Notes: generated by a model from the sequence alone, not told the origin. A stretch of DNA of 64,000 bases from Candidatus Omnitrophota bacterium (GCA_034723315.1 JAYEOV010000035.1:8329-72328), one strand, 5' to 3'. Shown: positions 48,922 to 58,923, counted from the stretch's first letter. Numbers and translations are program-made.

Positions 48922-50445
48922 TCAGCCTGTTGAGCCCTGACCCCCTAATGGGGAGACGGTGATCGCCCTCGCCGGACGGACGGGACATTTCGTCTGGCAT
49001 ATCCCGCAACCGATACAAAGATCCGGATCTACAACCGGTCTTCTTACTGACCGGCCGCCTATATTGAATTCTTTTATCCGTATAGCTTTTTCAGGGACCG
49101 GACAATGTTCTTCACAGATCAGACATTCGGCGTTCCAGACCCATGCTATGCAGCTCGACCGGTCCACGTTCGCGACACCGAGTTTTGTTTTTTTCTTCTC
49201 TTCAAGCTTAAGCCTCGGAATCGCTCCGGTTGGGCACGCACTGCCGCAAAGAATGCAGTTGTATTCACAATACCCTATTTCGGGAACGAGATGCGGCGTC
49301 CAGATCCCCTCCAGCCCGGCCTGGAACATCGCAGGCTGAAGCCCGTTGGTCGGACAGACCTTCATACAGTTCCCGCAACGCACGCAACGGCTTAAGAACT
49401 CATCCTCCCTCAAGGCCCCGGGCGGTCTTATAACCGGAGACGCGTTTTCCTTCTTTTTACCCCACTTGAATCCCGACACGAACACAGAGGAAAAGACCAT
49501 AAAGAGAAACTCCCGTCGGGATATCCCCCTCTTGCCGTTTTCATCCTTTTTCAACACCGATGATCGTCCCGCGGGAAAAAACGTGAATCTTGTACCTCCA
49601 TGGAGGCAATCGTACACGCAGTCCATGCAGAGAATACATTCGCCCTTAACATAGCTGTTGTCGTCATTTATGGCCCCCATCCGGCAGTTCCTAACGCATT
49701 CTCCGCAAGAGACGCACTTATCTGCAACCCGCCGTAAAACAGCGAATCTCGAAACAACCGAATAAAAAGCTCCCAGAGGGCAAATGAAGCGGCACCATAA
49801 CCTTGAGACAAGAAGAGCCGTGATACATATTAAAACGAAAAACACGAATATTATTCCCGAATTCGCGAAATAATGCGCTTTTACGCCCAAGAAAGACATC
49901 TTAAGAGAACTATAAAGATCTTGTACCGGCCCGTACAGGTTGAGATCCCGTATCAAAAACACGAAAAATCTGTCTGTCACGGACGTAAAGGCCGGTATAA
50001 GGTTCAACGAAACGAAACGCGCCATTATCACCATCGGATCAAGCACCCACGCGGCCTGCACACCGAAAAGGGCGCTAACGAGAACCGCCCCCAGTAAAAA
50101 GAACTTGATCTTACGCAACTTCGCGCCGGCGCGCCCTTTTACCGGTATTTTCTTTTTTCTTGCAGCGCCCGTAAGGTCTATGACCGTTCCCAGGGGGCAC
50201 ACCCACCCGCAGTAGAATCTGCCAAGGAACAACGTAAGAACCAGCATTCCCAGACAAACGGCCAGTCCCGGCAGAAACAGCCGTTCGCTTACGGAAGTGA
50301 ATATCACTATGTTGGGGTTTGTCCTGAAAAACGTTTCCGGCGGCAGGATGCCCTTCAATGGATACGTCGTCGACCAGAGTATATATACGAAAAGCAGCAG
50401 GAAAAAAGCCTGTGAAGATCTCCTCAGAATTATCAGCTTTTTCAT
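48922..50445 (-). CDS. Membrane polyferredoxin (NapH/MauN-like + NapG/MauM-like fusion)
   Basis: CGWVCPLG, CRFICPLG, several CxxCxxCxxxCP motifs, RPPGA. Confidence 0.9.
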   Translation of the reverse strand: MKKLIILRRSSQAFFLLLFVYILWSTTYPLKGILPPETFFRTNPNIVIFTSVSERLFLPGLAVCLGMLVLTLFLGRFYCGWVCPLGTVIDLTGAARKKKIPVKGRAGAKLRKIKFFLLGAVLVSALFGVQAAWVLDPMVIMARFVSLNLIPAFTSVTDRFFVFLIRDLNLYGPVQDLYSSLKMSFLGVKAHYFANSGIIFVFFVLICITALLVSRLWCRFICPLGAFYSVVSRFAVLRRVADKCVSCGECVRNCRMGAINDDNSYVKGECILCMDCVYDCLHGGTRFTFFPAGRSSVLKKDENGKRGISRREFLFMVFSSVFVSGFKWGKKKENASPVIRPPGALREDEFLSRCVRCGNCMKVCPTNGLQPAMFQAGLEGIWTPHLVPEIGYCEYNCILCGSACPTGAIPRLKLEEKKKTKLGVANVDRSSCIAWVWNAECLICEEHCPVPEKAIRIKEFNIGGRSVRRPVVDPDLCIGCGICQTKCPVRPARAITVSPLGGQGSTG

Positions 50446-50522
50446 CCTATATCTCCACCCCGCGATGAATCAGGGGGGTCATGAATCAGGAACAATAATA
50501 TACCAGGGTTATAAAATTGGTT

Positions 50523-51800
50523 CTAATAGGTCGGGATCTCCTTAAGCCCGGCCACACCTTCTTTTATGGCGGCTTCAGCTACCGCCTTTGACTCCCATTC
50601 TTTTATCCTGGGATCAAAAGGTGTCGGGATCAGATAATCCGGGGCGAACTCAAAGTTCCTGCCGTAAGCGGTCTTTACTTCTTCGGGAATATAACTCTCA
50701 CGCGCAAGAGCCGCAAGAGCCTCCGCTGCAGCTATTTTCATGCCCATAGTTATTTTTTTCGCCCGGACGTCAAGGGCCCCACGGAATATGAAGGGAAAGC
50801 CCAGAACGTTATTTATCTGGTTCGGAAAATCAGACCGCCCTGTCGCCAACACGTACTTTCGGCCTTTCATGCATTCTGCGACATCCTGCGGCATTATCTC
50901 AGGGACCGGGTTGGCCATCGCGAAAATGGCCGGATAATCGGACATCGAAAGGACCATCTCGGGCCTCACGCATCCAGCGACCGATACGCCGATGAAGACG
51001 TCCGCGCCGGCCATCGCGTCCGCAAGCGTCCTCTTTGCGGTATCAATCGCATGCGGTCTCTTATACTTATTGAGGTCCTCTCTGTTTTTACTCAGCACGC
51101 CTTTTGAATCACATAGAATACAATCCCTGACCCCGTCGGTTTTTATCATCTCGGCTATCCTCAGGCCCGCCGCCCCCGCGCCGTTTATCACTACTGAAAG
51201 GTCCCCCGCCTTCTTGCCGGAGAGCTTGCTATAGTTCTTGAGAGCCGCCAGGGTGATTATGGCTGTGCCCCACTGGTCATCGTGGAACACGGGTATGTCC
51301 AGCATCTCGTCAAGCCGGTCTTCTATCTCAAAACAGGCCGGTGCGGCGATATCTTCCAGATTGATCCCCCCGTACATGCCCGCTATTTTAACAGTAGTAT
51401 CTATGAACTTTTCTATATCCGTGCGCCCGTCCGGGCCCAGTACGCCTTCAAGAGGAACTGGCCAGCCGTCAACCCCGGCAAAGGCTTTGAAAAGAACGGC
51501 TTTACCTTCCATTACCGGTATGGACGGTCCGGGGCCGATATTTCCAAGACCCAGCACTGCCGTGCCGTCGGTAATTACAGCCACGAGATTCCCCTTCGCG
51601 GTCAGAGAATAAGCAAGGTTCTCGTCCCCTGCGATAGCTTCGCATATTTTTGAAACACCGGGAGTATAGGCCATGCTGAGATCTTTCTGATCGGTAAGTT
51701 TCTTCAGGAGTTCCAGACCGATCTTCCCCCCCATATGATATTCAAATACCTCTTCTTCTGTTATGATTAATTTATTCTGTTCCAAGTTGATACCTTTCAA
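50523..51800 (-). CDS. NAD(P)-dependent malic enzyme
   Basis: AYTPGV, DGTAVLGLG, FHDDQ, GAGAAG, ANPVPE, QINN. Confidence 0.95.
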   Translation of the reverse strand: MKGINLEQNKLIITEEEVFEYHMGGKIGLELLKKLTDQKDLSMAYTPGVSKICEAIAGDENLAYSLTAKGNLVAVITDGTAVLGLGNIGPGPSIPVMEGKAVLFKAFAGVDGWPVPLEGVLGPDGRTDIEKFIDTTVKIAGMYGGINLEDIAAPACFEIEDRLDEMLDIPVFHDDQWGTAIITLAALKNYSKLSGKKAGDLSVVINGAGAAGLRIAEMIKTDGVRDCILCDSKGVLSKNREDLNKYKRPHAIDTAKRTLADAMAGADVFIGVSVAGCVRPEMVLSMSDYPAIFAMANPVPEIMPQDVAECMKGRKYVLATGRSDFPNQINNVLGFPFIFRGALDVRAKKITMGMKIAAAEALAALARESYIPEEVKTAYGRNFEFAPDYLIPTPFDPRIKEWESKAVAEAAIKEGVAGLKEIPTY

Positions 51801-51839
51801 ATAAATACAGGGCCCGGGTTAACCCCGACGGCTGCCGCC

Positions 51840-52118
51840 TTATGATCCGGTGACGCTCCTGTACGAGCAGCCGGGCCTCAAAGCGCCTTTTGCTATATGT
51901 TCCCGGATAGGAACGCAATTAAAAGCCTTTCCGGAAACCGTTTCCCTCCGGCCAAAGCGTTTATCATATATCATGCAGAAATATGTCCCGTTATCCAGCT
52001 TAACCAGATCCCGACAGGGATCATCAAGCGCCCCGCAGCATTGACCGCACCTCCCGCAAAGTTCATCGAACTTTTTTTCTTTTTCGAGCGAATATTTTTC
52101 GTAATTTAACGAATCCAT
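51840..52118 (-). CDS. Small Cys-cluster protein (YkgJ-like)
   Basis: CGRCGQCC..C..C.IY..R. Confidence 0.75.
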   Translation of the reverse strand: MDSLNYEKYSLEKEKKFDELCGRCGQCCGALDDPCRDLVKLDNGTYFCMIYDKRFGRRETVSGKAFNCVPIREHIAKGALRPGCSYRSVTGS

Positions 52119-52216
52119 TCCTCTTCGCCGTAATAATGCATTAAAAGGACCTGAAACATGTCACCTGATGCCTGGAACAGGACTCTGCGGGTCTTTATTC
52201 CTGGAATGTTCCGGAG

Positions 52217-52447
52217 CTACGGAAGATGCTGCCGCGCCTTGTTTCCCCTTACCAGCTGACGGGCGATGTAGCCGATAAGCACTATAATGTAGAATATGAG
52301 TATAATGAAAAGGACGGCAGCTGCTATTGAAAGAAGTATTGAGCTTATTCCGATAAGTATCGGCCAGGTCAGAAGAACGATCCCTATAATTACCAGCGAC
52401 ATTATAACTATCGCGAGTCCTATAAAAAAATCTTTCAGCGTTTGCAT
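52217..52447 (-). CDS. Small membrane protein
   Basis: Two TM helices, GGAGGAGG RBS. Confidence 0.7.
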   Translation of the reverse strand: MQTLKDFFIGLAIVIMSLVIIGIVLLTWPILIGISSILLSIAAAVLFIILIFYIIVLIGYIARQLVRGNKARQHLP

Positions 52448-52771
52448 AGCCCTCCTCCCAACCTGGATGAGCCAGAACCAAAAAGGGATAAGGGATGTTC
52501 TGGCTCATCCATGTTGGTATATTGAAACCGTGCGAGCCCTATGGGCTATAAGAAGGTTCCCCGGCCCAAAGCTATGACTCAGCGGCCGGGAAAACCTACG
52601 GTTTTCAAACTTTCCTTTACAGAATTTTCGCAAAGTTGAGTTCTAAAAATATTGTTGCAACCAATTCATCATAACGGAATTTCAATAAAAAGGGGGATTT
52701 TAAGGGGGCAAAGCCCCCTTGCCATAAATTAAGCGCACCATGCAGCTCCAAAGTTGCGCGAAGCGCTTAAT

Positions 52772-53158
52772 TTATCCCGATATAAGAGCCTTTATCTCTT
52801 CTTCCGTCATGTCCTTTTTTCTGAGGAAACATATCCCGACATCATATGATTTGCCGGGCTCCCCCTCTGCAATACGGACCACGCGGCCGAAGATCCCGCT
52901 GTTGTGAATGATCAGATCGTCTTCTATCTCAGCGCATATGTTCATCATGCGATCGTCCAGCTCCAGCCAGACGATACTTGACAGCGCCGGTATGGAAAAC
53001 TCCGTGGATGTCCTGAAAAGCAGACCGCACGCGCTGATGTTTCGTGACGATATATCGGACTTCTGCGCGAGTTTATCTCCTGTAAGAACTTTACAATTCA
53101 AAGGTTTCTCATAATCGACCCTGAGAAATTCCCGTTTTTCTTCAAAGTCAGCATTCAT
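52772..53158 (-). CDS. PilZ domain protein
   Basis: REFLR and NISACG c-di-GMP-binding motifs. Confidence 0.88.
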   Translation of the reverse strand: MNADFEEKREFLRVDYEKPLNCKVLTGDKLAQKSDISSRNISACGLLFRTSTEFSIPALSSIVWLELDDRMMNICAEIEDDLIIHNSGIFGRVVRIAEGEPGKSYDVGICFLRKKDMTEEEIKALISG

Positions 53159-53159
53159 C

Positions 53160-53822
53160 TTATAATCCTCCTGTCTTGTCATAGAATTTATCCACATAAT
53201 CGACTATCTTCTTTGGATCGTCTATTACCGTGAATAGTTTCATGTCGTTTTCGTCTATGGCTCCGAGCTTCATACAGGAGCTTTTCAGCCAGTCCAGCAT
53301 TCCTTTCCAGTAGGCCTTGCCTACAAGGACCACGGGAAAAGGTTCCATCCTCTCGGTCTGTATCAGGGCAACCATTTCAAAAAATTCATCCAGGGTCCCG
53401 AACCCGCCTGGAAAGGCTATAAACGCTTTGCTGTACTTCGCGAACATCAATTTACGCACGAAGAAATACCTGAACTCCAGGGGGATCGTAACGTACCTGT
53501 TGAACTTCTGTTCAAGAGGTATGGTTATATTGAGCCCTATCGATTCCCCGCCGGCCTTCTTCGCGCCCATATTGGCCGCTTCCATGATCCCCTCCCCGGC
53601 CCCGGTGAGAACCGCGTATCCGTCTTTAGCGAAAAGCTCGGCGGTCTTTCTCGCCATTGGATAATACTTATGGGACTTTTTCAGACGGGACGAGCCGAAT
53701 ATGCTAACAGCCTTCCCTATGCTTCTCAGGGACTCGAAACCGTCGACGAACTCGCTCATTATCCGGAACACCCGCCAGGGTTCTTCAATGGGATGATCGT
53801 GCATTATACTTTTTTCTTTCAC
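53160..53822 (-). CDS. LOG family (TIGR00730) nucleotide phosphoribohydrolase
   Basis: FGSSR, FFVRK, PGGFGTLDE. Confidence 0.93.
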   Translation of the reverse strand: MKEKSIMHDHPIEEPWRVFRIMSEFVDGFESLRSIGKAVSIFGSSRLKKSHKYYPMARKTAELFAKDGYAVLTGAGEGIMEAANMGAKKAGGESIGLNITIPLEQKFNRYVTIPLEFRYFFVRKLMFAKYSKAFIAFPGGFGTLDEFFEMVALIQTERMEPFPVVLVGKAYWKGMLDWLKSSCMKLGAIDENDMKLFTVIDDPKKIVDYVDKFYDKTGGL

Positions 53823-54042
53823 GCCTACCTCTCCTTCTGACTTTATGAAGTGATTATATTATATATAATTCTGCGCGAAATTCATACTTATTTTGAAAAA
53901 ATCAGGATCCGAGGGATATCTTTCTCTTGTATAAGACAGGTCATATGTTTGCAAAATAAAGGGCTAATACCCGTGTCCTTCCCGCAGGATCACGGATACA
54001 GGCCGGATTATCCTCAGGGCCATTAGAACTCCGGATTATCCC

Positions 54043-56271
54043 TTATTTTTGCAATCTCGATGGAATAGCATTCCTCCAGGTATCACTTAAAGCAGCTAAA
54101 GTCAGGTCTATTACTGTTGTCTGCCCGAATCGAACAGTAAGCTTTTCCCCTCCGACCTTACCCAGAACACTGTATTGAACAGAATGCTTTTTTGCTATGT
54201 TTTCCAGGTCTGCAAGTCCATCCTTGCCAACGGATACCACTATCCTCGACGGCGCTTCACCGAAAAGAACAGCATCTTTTCTAATACCTTCGTCTATTTT
54301 TATTTCCGCGCCCAGCATTCGACCCCTGTCAGCTATGCACGATTTGGACAGAGCCACGGACAAGCCGCCCTTTGAGCAGTTATGAGCAGAATTGATGATG
54401 CCTGACTCGATTGCCTCAAGGCATGTCTTCTGGACCGCTATTTCCCTGGTCATATCTATCCGGGGATCTCCTTTTTTCAGTTCATGGACCAGATATAGAT
54501 ATTCGCTGCCCGAAAGATCGTCGGTGTTTTCACCCAGAAGAACTATTATGTCGCCTTCATTCTTAAAATCCCGGGTCACATACCTGTCCGCGTCTTCTAT
54601 GAGCCCGACCATCCCGACCATCGGCGTTGGGTCCACTGCCCCCTTCGGGTTTTCATTATAGAAGCTGACGTTGCCGCTAATAACGGGAGTTCCCAAAGCT
54701 TCACATGCTGCCGAAAGCCCCTCTATGCATTTTTTAAACTGCCAGTAATTTTCGGGTTTCATTGGGTTGCCGAAATTCAGGCCGTCCGTAATGGCGAGAG
54801 GCCTCCCGCCTGCACAGGTTATATTCCTCGCCGCCTCAGCTACAGATATCATGGCGCCATTGTAAGGATTTAAATAACAATACCTGCCATTGCAGGTCAC
54901 GCTAATTGCCAGGGCCTTCTTCGTTCCTTTGACCCTGACAACGGCAGCGTCCGAACCCGCGCCTGCCAGCACTCTGTCCTTATCCATGAAGGTGAACTTT
55001 TCATGCATCGATTCTTTGCTTGCAACAGTCGGAGAATCCAGCAGCTTCAATATCACCGCGTTAAAATCATCCGGCTCTTTGATAGAACCTTGATCCAGAT
55101 TTTTGGTCTCTTTCAGGTATGCCGGCTCTTTTGTTTCTCTTTCATAAAGCGGAGCTTTTTTTGTAAGCGCCTCGGCCGGGACCTCGCAGACCACAACGCC
55201 GTTCTCTTTTACCCTCATTATGCCGTCATCGGTGACTTTACCTATCTGAACCGCATTAATATCCCACTTTTTCATTATGCCAAGGGCCTCTTCCTGCCTG
55301 TCGCCCTTTAAAATAACAAGCATCCTCTCCTGTGATTCCGACAGCAGAATCTCATAAGGCGTCATGCCTCTTTCCCTCTGGGGCACAAGAGATACATCTA
55401 TCTCAATGCCGGTCCCGCTTCTTGTAGCTGTTTCACATGAAGAACAGGTAAGTCCAGCTGCTCCCATATCCTGCATCCCGACAACAAGACCTTTTTCGAT
55501 CAACTCAAGGCAAGCTTCCCTTAAACGTTTCCCGAGTTCCGCATCCCCTATTGCGACCGCATTTTCTATCGCGGCAGACTCCTCGGTTATCTCCTTCGAA
55601 GCAAAACTTGCTCCTCCTACGCCGTCTCTGCCCGTATCTCCACCGATGTAATACACGGGGTTCCCGACCCCGGAGGCGACGCCTCTTATGATATTTTCTT
55701 TCTTCACAACCCCTACGACGAAGGCATTAACAAGAGGATTGCCCTCATAGCTTTCATCAAAACAGGTATCCTCGCCGACCACGTTGACTTCCGCGACATT
55801 GGAGTAATGGGCCAATCCCCTGATGACCTCACTGAACAAGAATTTAACCCTGTCATTATCAAGATTTCCAAATCTTAACGCGCCAAGCCCCGCGATCGGC
55901 CTTGCCCCTATCGTAAATATGTCTCTGAGACAACCGCCTATGCCCGTAGCCGAGGCCTCGAAAGGCTCAACTGCAGATGGATGATTGTGAGACTCCATTT
56001 TGAATGCAACGCCTAAACCGTCCCCTATATCAACGATCCCACTGTTTTCCTCTCCTGCGCCGACCAACACCTGCCTGCCCTTCGTCGGAAACAGGCTGAA
56101 AAGCCTTCTTGAGTTTTTGTAACTGCAATGTTCTGACCACATTGCCGAAAATACGCCAAGTTCAGCAAAATTGGGGTCTCTGCCAAGTAATTTCTTTATC
56201 TCGTTAAACTCGGCCTCGGTAAGCCCCATCTCTTTAGCCAGTTCCACATTGACCTTAATAGCTGTCGTCAT
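54043..56271 (-). CDS. purL: Phosphoribosylformylglycinamidine synthase subunit PurL (small type, divergent)
   Basis: WSEHCSYK, ESHNHPS, QDMGAAG, LSESQERM, LNFGNP, SGNVSFYN. Confidence 0.92.
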   Translation of the reverse strand: MTTAIKVNVELAKEMGLTEAEFNEIKKLLGRDPNFAELGVFSAMWSEHCSYKNSRRLFSLFPTKGRQVLVGAGEENSGIVDIGDGLGVAFKMESHNHPSAVEPFEASATGIGGCLRDIFTIGARPIAGLGALRFGNLDNDRVKFLFSEVIRGLAHYSNVAEVNVVGEDTCFDESYEGNPLVNAFVVGVVKKENIIRGVASGVGNPVYYIGGDTGRDGVGGASFASKEITEESAAIENAVAIGDAELGKRLREACLELIEKGLVVGMQDMGAAGLTCSSCETATRSGTGIEIDVSLVPQRERGMTPYEILLSESQERMLVILKGDRQEEALGIMKKWDINAVQIGKVTDDGIMRVKENGVVVCEVPAEALTKKAPLYERETKEPAYLKETKNLDQGSIKEPDDFNAVILKLLDSPTVASKESMHEKFTFMDKDRVLAGAGSDAAVVRVKGTKKALAISVTCNGRYCYLNPYNGAMISVAEAARNITCAGGRPLAITDGLNFGNPMKPENYWQFKKCIEGLSAACEALGTPVISGNVSFYNENPKGAVDPTPMVGMVGLIEDADRYVTRDFKNEGDIIVLLGENTDDLSGSEYLYLVHELKKGDPRIDMTREIAVQKTCLEAIESGIINSAHNCSKGGLSVALSKSCIADRGRMLGAEIKIDEGIRKDAVLFGEAPSRIVVSVGKDGLADLENIAKKHSVQYSVLGKVGGEKLTVRFGQTTVIDLTLAALSDTWRNAIPSRLQK

Positions 56272-56384
56272 TGCTTACCCCCTAATGTTTCTTTTTCCCA
56301 TTCAACAGTAGTCATTAATTTTCAAAAGACATATTCAGTACACGAGACCCGATATTCATTTCCGGAAAAATCCGCGACTCGCAC

Positions 56385-57350
56385 CTACACCGCCTCTATC
56401 GTTGAAGGGGGTTTTTTGGTTATATTATAGGTCACGCTTACCACAGCCGGCACTTCTGTTGTCAACCTGCCGGCTAATTTTTCCAGAACTTCGTAAGGCA
56501 ATCTTGTCGGCGAACCGACTATCGCGTCCCTGCTCTCCCAGCATCTCACTTCTATCTGCAGCCCATAATCCCTTTTGCCTTCTCTTAAACCTGTTACACG
56601 GTCCTGATGCAAGATCGCCAGGTACTGAAAAGCGCCTGTTCCGGACAATTCTTCTTCGACGATCTTCGTTGCTTTTCTTACAGTTTCTACTCTTTCCGGA
56701 GTTACTTCGCCTATCACTCGCGCCGCCAGGGCAGGCCCCGGAAAAGGCGGTCTTTTGTAAATAGCTTCCGGTAACCCAAGGGCTTTTCCGACCTCTCTCA
56801 CGCCGCTTTTCCGAAGCTGTATTACAGGCTCTATCACTTGATAACCGTAGGCTTCCTGAGTATCAATACCAAGTTGTTCCAGTATGTTATGCTGTCTCTT
56901 TACCCCGGCAACCGTCTCCTCTACGTCCGTGTAGTTAGTCCCCTGCAACAAATACTTCGCGCCGCTATCCTTTACCAGCTTGCCGAAAACCTCCTTATAA
57001 AAAGCCTGTGTAATGGCTTCCCTTTTTTCTTCAGGATCCGTGAGTCCTTTTAAAGCGCTGAAAAATTGTTCCCTGGCATCGATAATTTCAACAAGGACAC
57101 CGAGTTCCTTAAACCATTCCACGATCATCTGCGGCTCATCCTGCCTCATCAGTCCGTTCTCAATAAAATATGTTTTAAGCCTTTCGCCCAGGGCTTTATG
57201 CCCCAGCATTGTAACCACGGAAGAATCCACTCCGCCTGACAACGCATTGATGGTCAGACCATCTCCTGTCGCATTGGATATCTCGTTCACCTGTTGTTCG
57301 ATAAATTTCTTAGGTTCAAGATCGGTCAATTTCAGTTCCGTAACATTCAT
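56385..57350 (-). CDS. GMP synthase ATP-pyrophosphatase subunit (no glutaminase domain)
   Basis: SGGVDS PP-loop, DPEEKR, PFPGP, KPPSTIE. Confidence 0.88.
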   Translation of the reverse strand: MNVTELKLTDLEPKKFIEQQVNEISNATGDGLTINALSGGVDSSVVTMLGHKALGERLKTYFIENGLMRQDEPQMIVEWFKELGVLVEIIDAREQFFSALKGLTDPEEKREAITQAFYKEVFGKLVKDSGAKYLLQGTNYTDVEETVAGVKRQHNILEQLGIDTQEAYGYQVIEPVIQLRKSGVREVGKALGLPEAIYKRPPFPGPALAARVIGEVTPERVETVRKATKIVEEELSGTGAFQYLAILHQDRVTGLREGKRDYGLQIEVRCWESRDAIVGSPTRLPYEVLEKLAGRLTTEVPAVVSVTYNITKKPPSTIEAV

Positions 57351-57375
57351 TTTATTTCCTCCTTCTCGATTTTTT

Positions 57376-57445
57376 AAAAAAAAAGGCGCTCTTAACCATA
57401 AGGTTCAGAACGCCTTTGTCCTTCTCCGAATACTAACATTGTATC
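57376..57445 (-). promoter_or_regulatory. Leader attenuator: ANTAR-like twin hairpin overlapping an intrinsic terminator
   Basis: P1 GATAC-AATGTTA-GTATT, P2 GGAC-AAAGGC-GTTC, terminator AAAGGCGTTCT..AGAGCGCCTTTTTTTTT. Confidence 0.7.
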
Positions 57446-57454
57446 AGTAATTGT

Positions 57455-57483
57455 ATTATGTACATTGTTACAGGATGTGTCAA
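57455..57483 (-). promoter_or_regulatory. Sigma70 promoter TTGACA-N17-CATAAT
   Basis: Near-consensus hexamers directly upstream of the attenuator. Confidence 0.8.
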
Positions 57484-57517
57484 GAAAAATCCTATTTCTA
57501 TCACATGTCAGTGGAAA

Positions 57518-58726
57518 TTATACACCGGCGTATTCTTTCCATTTCTTCTCAAGTTCCGGATCTTCCACCCATTCGAGAAGATACGAGGTTACCGCCTCGC
57601 CCGTCGCTCCCGTATCCCGTCCGGTTATGACAAGTTTTTTTTCGAACTGCCCGCAGATCTCAAGGGCCATATCCAGATGCCTGGCCCTTTCCGGGAAACC
57701 TATGTGTCTCAACAGCATCGCGCTTGCCCGTATCATAGAGGACGGGTCCGCGTAGACATCACGTCCTTCTCTGACCATCCTGGGCGCGCTGCCGTGTATC
57801 GCCTCGAACATAGCCCAGCGCTTGCCGACATTGGCGCTGCCTGCCGTCCCGACGCCTCCCTGAAGCTGGGCGGCTTCATCAGTGAGAATATCCCCGTAAA
57901 GATTGGGCAACACTATAACCTGGAAACCCCTGCGCCTTGCGGGGTCTATGATCTTGGCGGTCATGATGTCTATGTACCACTCGTCCTGCTCTATCCCGAA
58001 TTCCCTGTATTCTTCCGCTATCCTTTTGGCAATACGCGAAAATCTTCCGTCCGTTGTCTTAATGACGTTCGCTTTTGTGACCGCGGTAACCCTTTTCAGG
58101 CCGTTGTTCTTCGCATATTCAAACGCCATACGGATTATCCGTTCGGCCCCCTGTTCGGTTATTACCTTAAAATCGATACTCAGGTCTTCGTCCACGTCGA
58201 TCCCCCTGGACCCGAGGACGTAAGCGCCTTCAGTGTTTTCCCTGAAAAAGCACCAGTCGATGCCTTCTTTCGGGATCTTTACCGGCCGCACGTTAGCGAA
58301 AAGATCAAGCTCGCGGCGCATGGCAACATTGGCGCTTTCAATGTTTGGCCATTCATCACCTTCCTGGGGTGTCGTGGTGGGACCTTTCAGGATCACGTGA
58401 CAATTTTTTATTTCCTCAAGGACGTCGTCCGGAATCGCCTTTCCGCACTTTGCCCGGTTCTCAATCGTCAGTCCTGAAATTGTCCTGAACTCCACAAGGC
58501 CTGACACGACCTCCTTGCGAAGCATATGTTCCAGAACCCGCTGAGCGTGGTTTGAGATCGTCTTACCGATCCCATCCCCCCGGCAAACACCGATTATTAT
58601 GGGTTTTACTTCCTTGTAATCGACCCAGTCAGTATCTTTCTTCATCATTTCAATACGGCTGAGCTGTTCGCGTATCAGCCGGGCAAAATGATCTTCGGCT
58701 TTTCTTATTAAATCGTCTTTTCCCAT
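57518..58726 (-). CDS. Isocitrate/isopropylmalate dehydrogenase family
   Basis: GDGIG, KGPTTTP, RENTEG, TKANVIK, NLYGDILTD, EAIHGSAP. Confidence 0.92.
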   Translation of the reverse strand: MGKDDLIRKAEDHFARLIREQLSRIEMMKKDTDWVDYKEVKPIIIGVCRGDGIGKTISNHAQRVLEHMLRKEVVSGLVEFRTISGLTIENRAKCGKAIPDDVLEEIKNCHVILKGPTTTPQEGDEWPNIESANVAMRRELDLFANVRPVKIPKEGIDWCFFRENTEGAYVLGSRGIDVDEDLSIDFKVITEQGAERIIRMAFEYAKNNGLKRVTAVTKANVIKTTDGRFSRIAKRIAEEYREFGIEQDEWYIDIMTAKIIDPARRRGFQVIVLPNLYGDILTDEAAQLQGGVGTAGSANVGKRWAMFEAIHGSAPRMVREGRDVYADPSSMIRASAMLLRHIGFPERARHLDMALEICGQFEKKLVITGRDTGATGEAVTSYLLEWVEDPELEKKWKEYAGV

Positions 58727-58891
58727 AATATTTTCTCCGTTTCAAAGGTTTCCACGGGTTCTAGAAAATTATTATATTATTTTAGGAGCTGATTTGCAAT
58801 GTGAAATAGCCTCTATCGTAAAAAAGGGGACGAAGCCCTGTTATTCATTAAAAAACAGGGCTTCCGCCCCCTTTATCATTAGAGCTCCGGA

Positions 58892-58923
58892 CGCAGTAGA
58901 ATGGAATTATGAAATGGCCTCTA
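58892..58923 (+). repeat. MITE-A right-end fragment
   Basis: CGCAGTAGAATGGAATTATGAAATGGCCTCTA. Confidence 0.7.

Noticed and set aside
52522-52608. Known riboswitch (c-di-GMP, ZTP, fluoride) near the PilZ and purine genes
   Set aside because: The diagnostic conserved nucleotides are not present, so it is kept only as an unclassified structure.
57458-58477. Long antisense ORFs (also 10847..11659, 37755..38477, 45899..46639, 62696..63571)
   Set aside because: They are shadows of well-supported genes on the opposite strand, with no motifs.
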